Below, in pieces: positions 1 through 7,829 of a DNA stretch of 11,992 bases. Origin of the DNA: Dubosiella newyorkensis (lineage in GTDB: Bacteria > Bacillota_I > Bacilli_A > Erysipelotrichales > Erysipelotrichaceae). The position numbers and the translations under genes are program-made. Position 1 is the stretch's first letter. Each line of letters begins with the position of its first letter. The stretch lies in contig NZ_MPKA01000010.1 of assembly GCF_001945605.1 (NCBI RefSeq), positions 1-11,992 on the forward strand, read 5' to 3'. The notes beneath the pieces were generated by a model. It saw only the letters and a program-made list of their open reading frames with translations. It ran no database searches and was not told the origin of the DNA.

Positions 1-1
1 C

Positions 2-193
2 ATCCGCAAAACAGCTTATTGTATTTTTGCGACCCAAATCGTTATGTTGGTTTTAGGGATCCTCCTGCGTATTGCGGCTGGAAATTCTTTGCTGGATGGA
101 GGATTGATCGAACTAGATTGGATCCTGGCCGGTTTGTTCTTGTTGTGTATCCCGCAAATCAAAACAAAAAATGGACAGGATGAAAACTTGTAG
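2..193 (+). CDS. C-terminal end of an integral membrane protein (5' partial, enters from the window edge)
   Basis: Frame 2 is open from the edge to TAG at 191-193. The translation ...IRKTAYCIFATQIVMLVLGILLRIAAGNSLLDGGLIELDWILAGLFLLCIPQIKTKNGQDENL has two hydrophobic helix-like stretches. It is missing from the ORF track only because no start codon lies in the window. Confidence 0.45.
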   Translation: MRKTAYCIFATQIVMLVLGILLRIAAGNSLLDGGLIELDWILAGLFLLCIPQIKTKNGQDENL

Positions 194-207
194 AAAGGTT
201 GAAAGAT

Positions 208-534
208 ATGAGTATTCTATTTTTATTGCTTGGCATAATGTTAGTGAACTTCTGCAATCCTGGAGCAATCGATGAAGCGCAGTTAAGCAAAACGATGTAT
301 TTTCTATATAATTTTATCGGTTTTGCCGTTTATATTTTCCCTGTTCCTATCCTGCTCAAATACAATAAGGCAAAGGATAAAAAGGATCGATCGTTGCTGG
401 TCGTTGCTCTTACATTGATCGTTTATGATCTGTTTAATTTGTTGTTTATCAAGCTCAGTCCAATGACTTATGGGCTGCAGCTTGTCGTTGTCCTGCTTTA
501 TTTTCTTTATCAGAAATGGAAGGAAAAACACTAG
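208..534 (+). CDS. Small hypothetical membrane protein (about 108 aa, about 3 predicted TM helices)
   Basis: This is track ORF 199..534. I prefer ATG at 208 because GAAAGG (193-198) sits 9 nt upstream of it, whereas the TTG at 199 has no spacer. The hydrophobic segments are ILFLLLGIMLV, FIGFAVYIFPVPILL and LQLVVVLLYFLY. No family was recognised. Confidence 0.55.
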   Translation: MSILFLLLGIMLVNFCNPGAIDEAQLSKTMYFLYNFIGFAVYIFPVPILLKYNKAKDKKDRSLLVVALTLIVYDLFNLLFIKLSPMTYGLQLVVVLLYFLYQKWKEKH

Positions 535-675
535 CTTTTCTTCAAGGAGGTCGAACCATTTGATCGTCTTTATATGTTTGTCGTATATGGTGAGCTCGAA
601 TGGATTAGATTAAAAGGTTCCCAATATTCTTAGTATTTTTTTAATAATAAATATAGACTCTTCTCTTAATAAACT

Positions 676-707
676 GGCGGTTGAATGTAGTTCAACCGTC
701 CTTTTTT
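676..707 (+). terminator. Rho-independent terminator (plus strand)
   Basis: A 10-bp stem pairs ggcggttgaa (676-685) with ttcaaccgtc (691-700), including one G-U pair. The loop is 5 nt and is followed by cTTTTTT (701-707). Confidence 0.75.
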
Positions 708-744
708 GTTTGTATTGTTGGCAGAGTCGATTGCTGAACCAAAG

Positions 745-774
745 AAAAAAGCTGGTGTTCAACCAGCATTTTTT
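745..774. terminator. Bidirectional rho-independent terminator; ends the RR/HK operon on the minus strand
   Basis: The stem is gctggt (751-756) / accagc (762-767). It is flanked by an A-run at 745-750 (a T-run on the minus strand) and a T-run at 769-774. It lies immediately 3' of the HK stop codon at 774-776. Confidence 0.75.
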
Positions 775-2762
775 CATTCATTCTCTTTTTTGAATGTCAC
801 GATCGCTTTGAAAAGATCGCCATCGATCTCGATCTTGAACGTGCCATTCTGCACTTCGGTAAAGCTCTTGACGATCGCTAATCCTAAGCCGCTGCCAATT
901 TCATGGCGCGATTTATCGCCACGCACAAAGCGTTCTACGATCTCGTCAGGATTGAAATCAAGAGGCAGGCTCGACGTGTTGCGATACGTGATCTTGACAA
1001 GATCGCCTTGATCTTCGATATCCATGAAAACACGCGTGTGATCATGCGAATACTTGGCGATATTGTTAGTCAAATTCTCAAAGATCCGCATCGTTTTATT
1101 CGGATCCAGATCAAGAAAGACAGGATGATCCGGATGCTTGAGCACGATTGAGATGTTCTTCTTCTGCAGTGCGTCGATATGTTCGGCATTGACTTGTTCG
1201 ATCAAACTCGTAATATCGATCATTTGCTTTTCCAGTTCGATATTGCCCGAATTGGCTTTTGAAACATCGAATAAGTCGACAACAAGACGATCCAACCGAT
1301 TCGTGTATCCTTCGATCTTTTTCGCGTATTCTTTGATCTTTTTCGGATCATCAGTCGATTCGACCAATTCGACATACGTTTTGATTCCCGTCAGTGGCGT
1401 CTTTAAATCGTGAGAGACATTAGAAATCAGTTCGGTCTTCATATTTTGCGACTGGATCCCTTCCTGGAGCGCTTTTTCAAAACCCGTTTTGACTTGCAAC
1501 AAAGAATTGTAGATCGACTGAAAAGGACCGACAGGATAAGGAAGCACTTCATCAAAGCGACCTTCTGCCAGCTTCTTGGTCGCCTCCAACGTGATATCGT
1601 ACTGCTTATGAAGACGGTTATAATACTTCTTCCCTTGGATCAAACCATAAATCAGGCAAGCCATCATCAAGAACCAGCCAAGAACAGGAATGTTGAAGAA
1701 GATCGTGACGAGCACGAACAAACCAAACAAAAGAACGAGCTTCGTGGCGCTGTTTCCTTCAAACAAAGAATATTCCATAAGCTCTTTGACTTTCTTATGG
1801 ACCCATCGAATAAAGGTAAAAAGCAATGTGTCTTTTTTGACAAAACGCAAGAAGCCCTCTGCGAACATCCGCTTGATATAGACAAGATCGAGCCAGTACA
1901 TCCAATACAAAAGCATCCATAAGCAGAAGTAGAGAATATACGAAATCGGAACGATTCCTTTGATCGTTTCAAACGTCATGTAAAATTCTCGATTCATACA
2001 GGCCAAGCTCAAGGAGAAGATTCCCATACACAACAAGAGATACCCTATTGTCGAAAATAGAAAGGCTGGTTCAAATTTCCATTTTATAAAGTCTTTAAAA
2101 AAAACGGTTTCACATTCGACTTTGTTTTTGAAGATCAAAACGATTAAGACGGCCAAAGCGAGAGGAAGAAAGAATCCGAAAATCATTTGCGGAAGTATGA
2201 GCGCGTCAATATTTGACAAATGAGCAATATATTTTCCGTTTCGAATCACTGGATCGTGTACATAAAAAGCCACCTTCACATTTTTTGGTTCATGGATCTG
2301 TATGTTTTTGGCCGTTTCGGTTCCAAAATTCCATGCGATCTCTGAATAAAGCGCGTTTTGGATCCGTGGATCTTCATTATTTTCAAAAAGCGTCCAATGT
2401 TTGGAAGAAAAATTCTCGGCGCTCGTGATCGTCTTTCCTTTGTATTCGGCTTCGTAGTAGAAATTCGAATCTTGATTCATCGTCGTGTATGTCGCATAAA
2501 TCCGATTCTGTACAAAATCTTCAATTCTTTTCGCCTCTTCCGCGTCTACTGGATCTTTAAAAGAAATCGGTTTGTAATTGGGATCTAGTTGTTCGGCCAC
2601 ATAATAGGAAAAGAGTTCAAAGCTGTTTTGAAGCTCATCCTTCGCCTGTTCGTCATAAGTAGGCTCGATTGATTGCGCATTCATCAATCCATAGACCGAA
2701 AACGCGGAACAGACAAGAGTAAAGAGCGTGACGACTAGAAAAAATATTCGTTTTTTTTGCAT
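774..2762 (-). CDS. Sensor histidine kinase, 662 aa, with N-terminal signal/TM, an extracytoplasmic domain of about 170 aa and a multi-TM block
   Basis: The H-box is SHDLKTPLTGI, the N-box region is FENLTNNIAKY, and the G-box is GSGLGLAIVKS. Several hydrophobic helices fall between residues about 190 and 400. The start lies 3 nt after the response-regulator stop, with GAAAGG upstream. Confidence 0.9.
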   Translation of the reverse strand: MQKKRIFFLVVTLFTLVCSAFSVYGLMNAQSIEPTYDEQAKDELQNSFELFSYYVAEQLDPNYKPISFKDPVDAEEAKRIEDFVQNRIYATYTTMNQDSNFYYEAEYKGKTITSAENFSSKHWTLFENNEDPRIQNALYSEIAWNFGTETAKNIQIHEPKNVKVAFYVHDPVIRNGKYIAHLSNIDALILPQMIFGFFLPLALAVLIVLIFKNKVECETVFFKDFIKWKFEPAFLFSTIGYLLLCMGIFSLSLACMNREFYMTFETIKGIVPISYILYFCLWMLLYWMYWLDLVYIKRMFAEGFLRFVKKDTLLFTFIRWVHKKVKELMEYSLFEGNSATKLVLLFGLFVLVTIFFNIPVLGWFLMMACLIYGLIQGKKYYNRLHKQYDITLEATKKLAEGRFDEVLPYPVGPFQSIYNSLLQVKTGFEKALQEGIQSQNMKTELISNVSHDLKTPLTGIKTYVELVESTDDPKKIKEYAKKIEGYTNRLDRLVVDLFDVSKANSGNIELEKQMIDITSLIEQVNAEHIDALQKKNISIVLKHPDHPVFLDLDPNKTMRIFENLTNNIAKYSHDHTRVFMDIEDQGDLVKITYRNTSSLPLDFNPDEIVERFVRGDKSRHEIGSGLGLAIVKSFTEVQNGTFKIEIDGDLFKAIVTFKKENE

Positions 2763-2765
2763 AGA

Positions 2766-3473
2766 TCAGCCTTTCTTTAATTTATAGCCCACACCCCAAA
2801 CGACTTGAATATACATCGGCTTTTTCGTATCGAGCTCGATTTTTTCGCGCAGCTTGCGAATATGGACCGTGATCGTATCCGTGGTGATCGCTTCTTCTTG
2901 CCAGATCTTTTCATAAATCTGTTCGGCAGAGAACACTTGATTTGGATGTTGCATAAAAAGCTCTAAGATCTGAAATTCCTTAGGAGTCAAATGGATCGAC
3001 TTTCCGTGTGCGAACACCTCCTTCGTTAAAGGATTGAGCTCGAGATCGCCAACGATATACGAACTGTTTGGCTCCTCTTTTTCTTTTCCTGCCTTCAGAT
3101 CGAGGATCTGTTCATACCTTCTTAGCTGAGCGCGGACCCTAGCGATCAGTTCCATGCTCGCGAAAGGTTTTGTGACATAATCGTCGCCCCCTATCGTCAA
3201 ACCATTGATCTTATCAATATCTTCGCTTTTCGCGCTTAAAAAAATGATCGGAAAATCGTATTCTTTCCGGGCTTGTTTGACCATTTCGACGCCATCCATG
3301 ATTGGCATCATGATGTCGACGATCGCAAGATGGATTGGATATTGTTTCATAAATTCCAGTCCTTCTTGTCCGTTTTCGGCGAGCACGACATGGTAGCCTT
3401 GATTTTCCATATAAATTCCGATGGCTTCACGGATCCCTTGATCGTCTTCGGCCACTAAGATCGTATGTTCCAT
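2766..3473 (-). CDS. OmpR/PhoB-family DNA-binding response regulator (235 aa)
   Basis: The receiver domain shows ILVAEDD...AIVDIMMPIMDG...FLSAK...GGDDYVTKPF. The C-terminal winged helix shows LTPKEFQILELF...VWGVGYKL. AGGAGG lies 5-6 nt upstream of the ATG. Confidence 0.95.
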   Translation of the reverse strand: MEHTILVAEDDQGIREAIGIYMENQGYHVVLAENGQEGLEFMKQYPIHLAIVDIMMPIMDGVEMVKQARKEYDFPIIFLSAKSEDIDKINGLTIGGDDYVTKPFASMELIARVRAQLRRYEQILDLKAGKEKEEPNSSYIVGDLELNPLTKEVFAHGKSIHLTPKEFQILELFMQHPNQVFSAEQIYEKIWQEEAITTDTITVHIRKLREKIELDTKKPMYIQVVWGVGYKLKKG

Positions 3474-3482
3474 AAATTCCTC

Positions 3483-3560
3483 CTATTCTGGGTGGATATA
3501 AAAACCAAATCCAACCCAAATACTCATGGCGAGTATGCCTAACCATTTTAACATTTCCAT
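3483..3560 (-). CDS. 25-aa hydrophobic micro-ORF (MEMLKWLGILAMSIWVGFGFYIHPE), first cistron of the two-component operon
   Basis: The ATG is at 3560-3558 and is preceded by GAGGTGA with a 5-nt spacer. The TAG stop (3485-3483) is embedded in the response regulator's SD (TAGGAGG). The peptide has a single TM-like core. No homology is known to me, so coding status is inferred from the signals only. Confidence 0.4.
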   Translation of the reverse strand: MEMLKWLGILAMSIWVGFGFYIHPE

Positions 3561-3646
3561 TTTGATCACCTCAATACACCTATAGTCTAAAAAAGGAAGG
3601 TAACGATTCATGCGTGAGAAAACGAAAGATTTTACAAAGAAAACGT

Positions 3647-3670
3647 AAAAAAAACCGGAATTCTCCGGTT
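3647..3670 (-). terminator. Rho-independent terminator of the marR-ABC operon
   Basis: On the minus strand the stem is AACCGGA-gaat-TCCGGTT (3670-3653), followed by a T-run (plus-strand A-run at 3647-3652). The stem overlaps the TAA stop of the second ABC gene. Confidence 0.8.
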
Positions 3671-5529
3671 TAATCGAGCTCGAAAGCTCCTGTATACAAT
3701 TGATAATACACACCCTTTTGTTTGATCAGCTCATCATGATCGCCACGCTCGATGATCCTTCCATTTTCCAAGACCATGATCGCGTTCGAGTTTTGGATCG
3801 TCGAAAGACGATGCGCGATCACAAAAACCGTGCGACCTTCCATCAATTTATCCATTCCTTCTTGAACGATCCGTTCTGTGCGCGTATCGATCGAAGAAGT
3901 CGCTTCATCTAAGATCAGCACAGGAGGATTGGCGACAGCCGCTCGAGCGATCGTTAAAAGCTGACGCTGACCTTGCGAAAGCGATTCGCCCGTCCCATGA
4001 ATATACGTATTATATCCATGCTCCAAATGTTTGATGAATTCATCGGCGTTCGCGAGCTTAGCAGCCGCGATACATTCTTCATCGCTCGCGTCCAGTTTAC
4101 CAAAACGAATGTTATCCATGATCGTTCCAGAAAAAAGAGTCGAGTCTTGAAGCACCATACCTAACGAACGACGAAGATCTGGCTTCTTGATAAGCTTGAT
4201 ATCGATTCCATCGTAGGTGATCATTCCTTTTTGGATGTCGTAGAAGCGGTTGATCAAATTGGTGATCGTCGTCTTGCCCGCTCCAGTCGCCCCGACAAAC
4301 GCGATCTTTTGTCCAGGCTTGGCGAACAAGGAAATGTCGTGAAGGATCACTTTCTTTTTCGTGTAGCCAAATGTCACATCTTCGAAACGAACATCGCCTT
4401 TGAGCTCGACAAGCTGTACCTTCCCATTTGGACGAGGATGTCTCCAGCACCAATGGCCCGTGTTTTCTTTGCATTCGACCCATTCGCCATTTTCTTTCTT
4501 GACATTGACAAGAGTGACGATTCCTTCATCCGTTTCGCTTGGCGTATCGAGAATATTATAGATCCGGTTGGCGCCCGCGCCCGCCATGATCACCGCGTTG
4601 ATCTGTTGCGAGATCTGACCGATTGGATTGGTGAATTGACGATTGAGCAGCAAGAATGAGGCGATCGTTCCGATCGAAATTCCAAAATAACCGTGCAACG
4701 CGAAGAAGGCGCCCACGAACGCAGTCAATACGTAGGAAATATAGCCCATGTTCATGATGATCGGCATGAGGATATTGGCGAATTTGTTGGCATTCGTGCT
4801 TGCCTCGAACAATTCGTTGTTGACTTTTTCAAAATCGCGGATCGCTTGTTCTTCGTGCGTGAATACTTTGACCACTTTGCTGCCCTCCATCATCTCTTCG
4901 ATGAAGCCGTTGACCTTTCCTAAAGAGGCTTGTTGTTCGCGAAAGTATTTTCCGCTTCGCTTTGTGATCATTCGGCTCGCTAGGATCATCAAAGCGCCCA
5001 TGATGATCGTCACGCTCGTCAATGGAGCGGACATGATCAGCATAGAAATGAGGACAAAGACCATCATCGAAACAGAAGAGACGAGCTGCGGAATCGATTG
5101 GGAAATCAATTGACGCAATGTATCCGTATCGTTTGTATAAACAGACATGATGTCGCCGTGCGCGTTTTGATCAAAGAAAGCGATCGGTAGCGATTCCATA
5201 TGTTTGAACAAGCTTTCGCGCGTATCGTTGAGCGTCCCAAGCGAAATATTGATCATGACACGGTTCCAAATATAGGTGGACAAGATTCCAAGAGCATAGA
5301 TGCTTGCAAGAAACAAGATCGCTTTGGCCAGACCACCATAATTTGGATCGGCGCTTTGAGTCAGCGGCGTGATATAGTCATCGATCAGCGTCTGCAAGAA
5401 GACGCTTCCATACGTGTTGCAGAAAGCGGAGACAAAAATCAAAAGCAGGACGATCAAACATTGAAACTTATAGTGTTTGATCGTTTCTTTCAACACACGA
5501 AGCAAACCGTTCAAATTATTCTGCATCAT
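3670..5529 (-). CDS. ABC exporter half-transporter (TMD-NBD fusion), consensus-site subunit of a heterodimer (LmrD/BmrD-like)
   Basis: Walker A is GATGAGKTT, Walker B is VLILDEATS and the H-loop is VIAHRLST. The signature is degenerate (LSQGQ). The track ORF begins at 5580. I prefer ATG 5529 (MMQNN...) because AGGAGG (5543-5538) lies 8 nt upstream; 5535 and 5526 remain alternatives. It overlaps the upstream gene's stop by 14 nt. Confidence 0.88.
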   Translation of the reverse strand: MMQNNLNGLLRVLKETIKHYKFQCLIVLLLIFVSAFCNTYGSVFLQTLIDDYITPLTQSADPNYGGLAKAILFLASIYALGILSTYIWNRVMINISLGTLNDTRESLFKHMESLPIAFFDQNAHGDIMSVYTNDTDTLRQLISQSIPQLVSSVSMMVFVLISMLIMSAPLTSVTIIMGALMILASRMITKRSGKYFREQQASLGKVNGFIEEMMEGSKVVKVFTHEEQAIRDFEKVNNELFEASTNANKFANILMPIIMNMGYISYVLTAFVGAFFALHGYFGISIGTIASFLLLNRQFTNPIGQISQQINAVIMAGAGANRIYNILDTPSETDEGIVTLVNVKKENGEWVECKENTGHWCWRHPRPNGKVQLVELKGDVRFEDVTFGYTKKKVILHDISLFAKPGQKIAFVGATGAGKTTITNLINRFYDIQKGMITYDGIDIKLIKKPDLRRSLGMVLQDSTLFSGTIMDNIRFGKLDASDEECIAAAKLANADEFIKHLEHGYNTYIHGTGESLSQGQRQLLTIARAAVANPPVLILDEATSSIDTRTERIVQEGMDKLMEGRTVFVIAHRLSTIQNSNAIMVLENGRIIERGDHDELIKQKGVYYQLYTGAFELD

Positions 5530-7258
5530 CTTCATCTCCTCCTTTCTGTTGGGCCGCGTAAGTTTGAGCGTAGATCTCATTGGACTTCAACAATTGTTCA
5601 TGACTGCCGATCGCTGAAATTTTTCCATTGTCGAGCACGATGATCTGATCGGCGTCTTGGATCGAGCTGATCCTTTGGGAGATGATGATCTTGGTCGTAT
5701 CGGGGATCTTTTCTAAAAACGCTTCCCGGATCAAGGCGTCGGTTTTCGTGTCGACAGCGCTTGTCGAATCATCAAGGATCAAGATCTTCGGCTTTTTCAA
5801 AAGCGCCCTGGCAATACAAAGTCTTTGTCTTTGTCCGCCCGAAACATTGGTTCCTCCTTGGGTAATATACGTGTCATAGCCATCCGGCATCTTTTGAATG
5901 AATTCATCGGCTTGAGCGAGCTTGCACGCTTCCTTGATTTCTTCTAGCGTCGCGTTTGGATCGCCCCAACGCATATTTTCAATGATCGTTCCTGAGAAGA
6001 GCACGTTTTTCTGCAAAACCATCCCGACATTGTCACGCAAGGACTTTAAGTCGTAGTCTTTAACATTGATTCCTCCTACTTTGACGGCCCCTTTAGTCGC
6101 ATCATAGAGGCGCGGGATCAATTGCACGAACGAGGACTTGGCAGAACCGGTGGCTCCTAAGATCCCATACGTCGAACCGGAAGGAATGGTGACATTGATG
6201 TCGTCGAGGACGAATTCATCGTTGTCATTTTCCGCGTAGTTGAAGTAAACATGGTCGAAGACGACTTCGCCATCTTTGATCGTCTTGATTCCATCCTTTG
6301 GTGATTGCAGGTAGCTGACTTGGGTGATGACTTGGGTGATCCGTTTAGCGCTGGCGATCGACATCGTCACCATCACGAAGACCATCGAAAGCATCATCAA
6401 AGACATCAAGACAGAAGAGGTGTACGTAAATAAAGACATGAGAGAACCGATCTGCATATTTCCGCCAACCACTTGATGCGCTCCAAACCATGAAATCCCT
6501 AAAATCAGCGTATACATGCTCAGCTGCATGATGGGCGAGTTGAGGATCAAGAGCTTTTCAGCCTTTTTGTTCACTACATAAATATCGCTAGAAGCCTTGT
6601 CGAATTTATTGATCTCATAGTCTTCGCGGACAAACGATTTAATAGCGCGGATCCCAGCAATATTTTCTTGAATGTTCTCGTTGAGAGCGTCGTATTTTTT
6701 GAACATTTTTTCAAAGATCGGACGTACCTTGAAGATAATAAAGAAGAGCGAGAAACCTAAGAAAAGAATGACGATCAAGAAAATGCCGGCGACAGCAGGC
6801 GAAAGATAGAATACCATGGCCATCGAAAAGATGAACATCAATGGCGAACGCACACAAGCGCGGATGATCATTTGATAGGCGTTTTGCACATTGGTGACAT
6901 CGGTCATCATACGAGTGATCAATCCGCCCGTCGAATATTCGTCGATATTGGCGAAAGCGAAGTTCTGGATATTTTTAAATTCAGCTTCGCGCAAGTTCTT
7001 GGCGAATCCGCTCGAAGCGATCGCCGCGTATTTTCCAGATTTGGCGCCGGCCCATAAGGCCAAAAAAGCGCATAAGAGCATCAAGCCTCCATAGAGCCAA
7101 ACTTTTTCCATATTTTGCTGGTTGATTCCTTGATCGACAAGAAGCGACATTAAGTATGGGATCAACACATCGAATAATACTTCGAAAGCGACAAAGATCG
7201 GTGTTTTGATCGAGGCGCTTTTATACTCTTTTAAATGGGATAAGAGAGTTTTAACCAT
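5516..7258 (-). CDS. ABC exporter half-transporter (TMD-NBD fusion), degenerate-site subunit of a heterodimer (LmrC/BmrC-like)
   Basis: The N-terminal six-helix exporter TMD has the typical ...LKEYK...EVLFDVLIPYLMSLLVDQGI. Walker A is GATGSAKSS (Gly to Ala), Walker B is ILILDDS (catalytic Glu to Asp) and the H-loop is ISQRIS (His to Gln). The signature VSGGQ is canonical. Confidence 0.9.
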   Translation of the reverse strand: MVKTLLSHLKEYKSASIKTPIFVAFEVLFDVLIPYLMSLLVDQGINQQNMEKVWLYGGLMLLCAFLALWAGAKSGKYAAIASSGFAKNLREAEFKNIQNFAFANIDEYSTGGLITRMMTDVTNVQNAYQMIIRACVRSPLMFIFSMAMVFYLSPAVAGIFLIVILFLGFSLFFIIFKVRPIFEKMFKKYDALNENIQENIAGIRAIKSFVREDYEINKFDKASSDIYVVNKKAEKLLILNSPIMQLSMYTLILGISWFGAHQVVGGNMQIGSLMSLFTYTSSVLMSLMMLSMVFVMVTMSIASAKRITQVITQVSYLQSPKDGIKTIKDGEVVFDHVYFNYAENDNDEFVLDDINVTIPSGSTYGILGATGSAKSSFVQLIPRLYDATKGAVKVGGINVKDYDLKSLRDNVGMVLQKNVLFSGTIIENMRWGDPNATLEEIKEACKLAQADEFIQKMPDGYDTYITQGGTNVSGGQRQRLCIARALLKKPKILILDDSTSAVDTKTDALIREAFLEKIPDTTKIIISQRISSIQDADQIIVLDNGKISAIGSHEQLLKSNEIYAQTYAAQQKGGDEDDAE

Positions 7259-7265
7259 ATATTTT

Positions 7266-7715
7266 TTAAACTTCCTCCTTTTCTGCTTGCATGAGATTAT
7301 GTAGCGTTTTTTCTAAAAGAGCGAGTAGAGTTTTTTGTTCTTGCGGGCTCATTCCTTTCAAGAAAGTTTCGTTCATTTCTTGCCGAGTAAGACGAAGCTG
7401 TTGATAGAGCTCTTTGGCTTTTGGGGTGATTTCGATCGAATGGACTCGTTTATCGCTGGCTGAGCGGATCCGTTGAATATATCCTTTTTGAGAAAGACGA
7501 TTCAGGATGCCGGTCACAGTGGGATTGGAGATATGAAAATAGTGTTCGATATCACGCTGGATGATTTGCCGGTTTTGGTTTTTGAACAGAAAAGTCAACA
7601 CGTCGCATTGAGATTTTGTCAGATCTATCGATCGTACTTTATGATTGAGCAGCTTTTCGGCTTGCTGGCTGATACTATGGAAGTAAAACCCGATCGAGTA
7701 TTGTTCGCGTTCCAT
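7266..7715 (-). CDS. MarR-family transcriptional repressor (149 aa)
   Basis: The winged-HTH region is LTKSQCDVLTFLFKNQNRQIIQRDIEHYFHISNPTVTGILNRLSQKGYIQRIRSASDKRVHSIEIT. AAAGGAGA lies upstream of the ATG. The stop is 7 nt before the first ABC gene. Confidence 0.9.
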   Translation of the reverse strand: MEREQYSIGFYFHSISQQAEKLLNHKVRSIDLTKSQCDVLTFLFKNQNRQIIQRDIEHYFHISNPTVTGILNRLSQKGYIQRIRSASDKRVHSIEITPKAKELYQQLRLTRQEMNETFLKGMSPQEQKTLLALLEKTLHNLMQAEKEEV

Positions 7716-7751
7716 GATTTCTCCTTTCTAGTGGTTATATAGCTGACTCTA

Positions 7752-7765
7752 TATAGCATGCTATA
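7752..7765. promoter_or_regulatory. Perfect 14-bp palindrome TATAGCATGCTATA, candidate MarR operator
   Basis: The sequence is exactly self-complementary. It starts directly after the -10 hexamer of the marR promoter. A third TATAGC half-site lies at 7738-7743, within a TATATAGC direct repeat at 7736-7743 and 7750-7757. Confidence 0.6.
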
Positions 7766-7794
7766 ATTGTATGCTTAGTTATTTTTCATGTCAA
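7766..7794 (-). promoter_or_regulatory. Sigma-A type promoter of the marR-ABC operon
   Basis: On the minus strand: TTGACA (7794-7789), an exact 17-nt spacer, then TACAAT (7771-7766). Confidence 0.7.
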
Positions 7795-7814
7795 TCCCAT
7801 TACTAGAAAACTTG

Positions 7815-7823
7815 TGATACGAT
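7815..7823 (+). promoter_or_regulatory. Extended -10 element (TGaTACGAT) placing +1 on the A of the methyltransferase ATG
   Basis: TG is at 7815-7816 and TACGAT at 7818-7823. The A of the ATG (7830) lies exactly 7 nt downstream of the hexamer. There is no -35 match and no SD in between. Confidence 0.35.
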
Positions 7824-7829
7824 AAGACC

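Noticed and set aside
3561-3646. Promoter for the micro-ORF/RR/HK operon
   Set aside because: The best candidate, ATGAAT-17-TAGACT, matches only 3/6 and 4/6 positions. That is not good enough to annotate. The operon may depend on an activator or on partial read-through of the upstream terminator.
3483-3713. 76-aa ORF from the six-frame track
   Set aside because: Its upstream two-thirds overlaps the C-terminus of the ABC gene and the operon terminator, and it has no SD. Only the last 25 codons (3483-3560), which have their own SD, are plausible.
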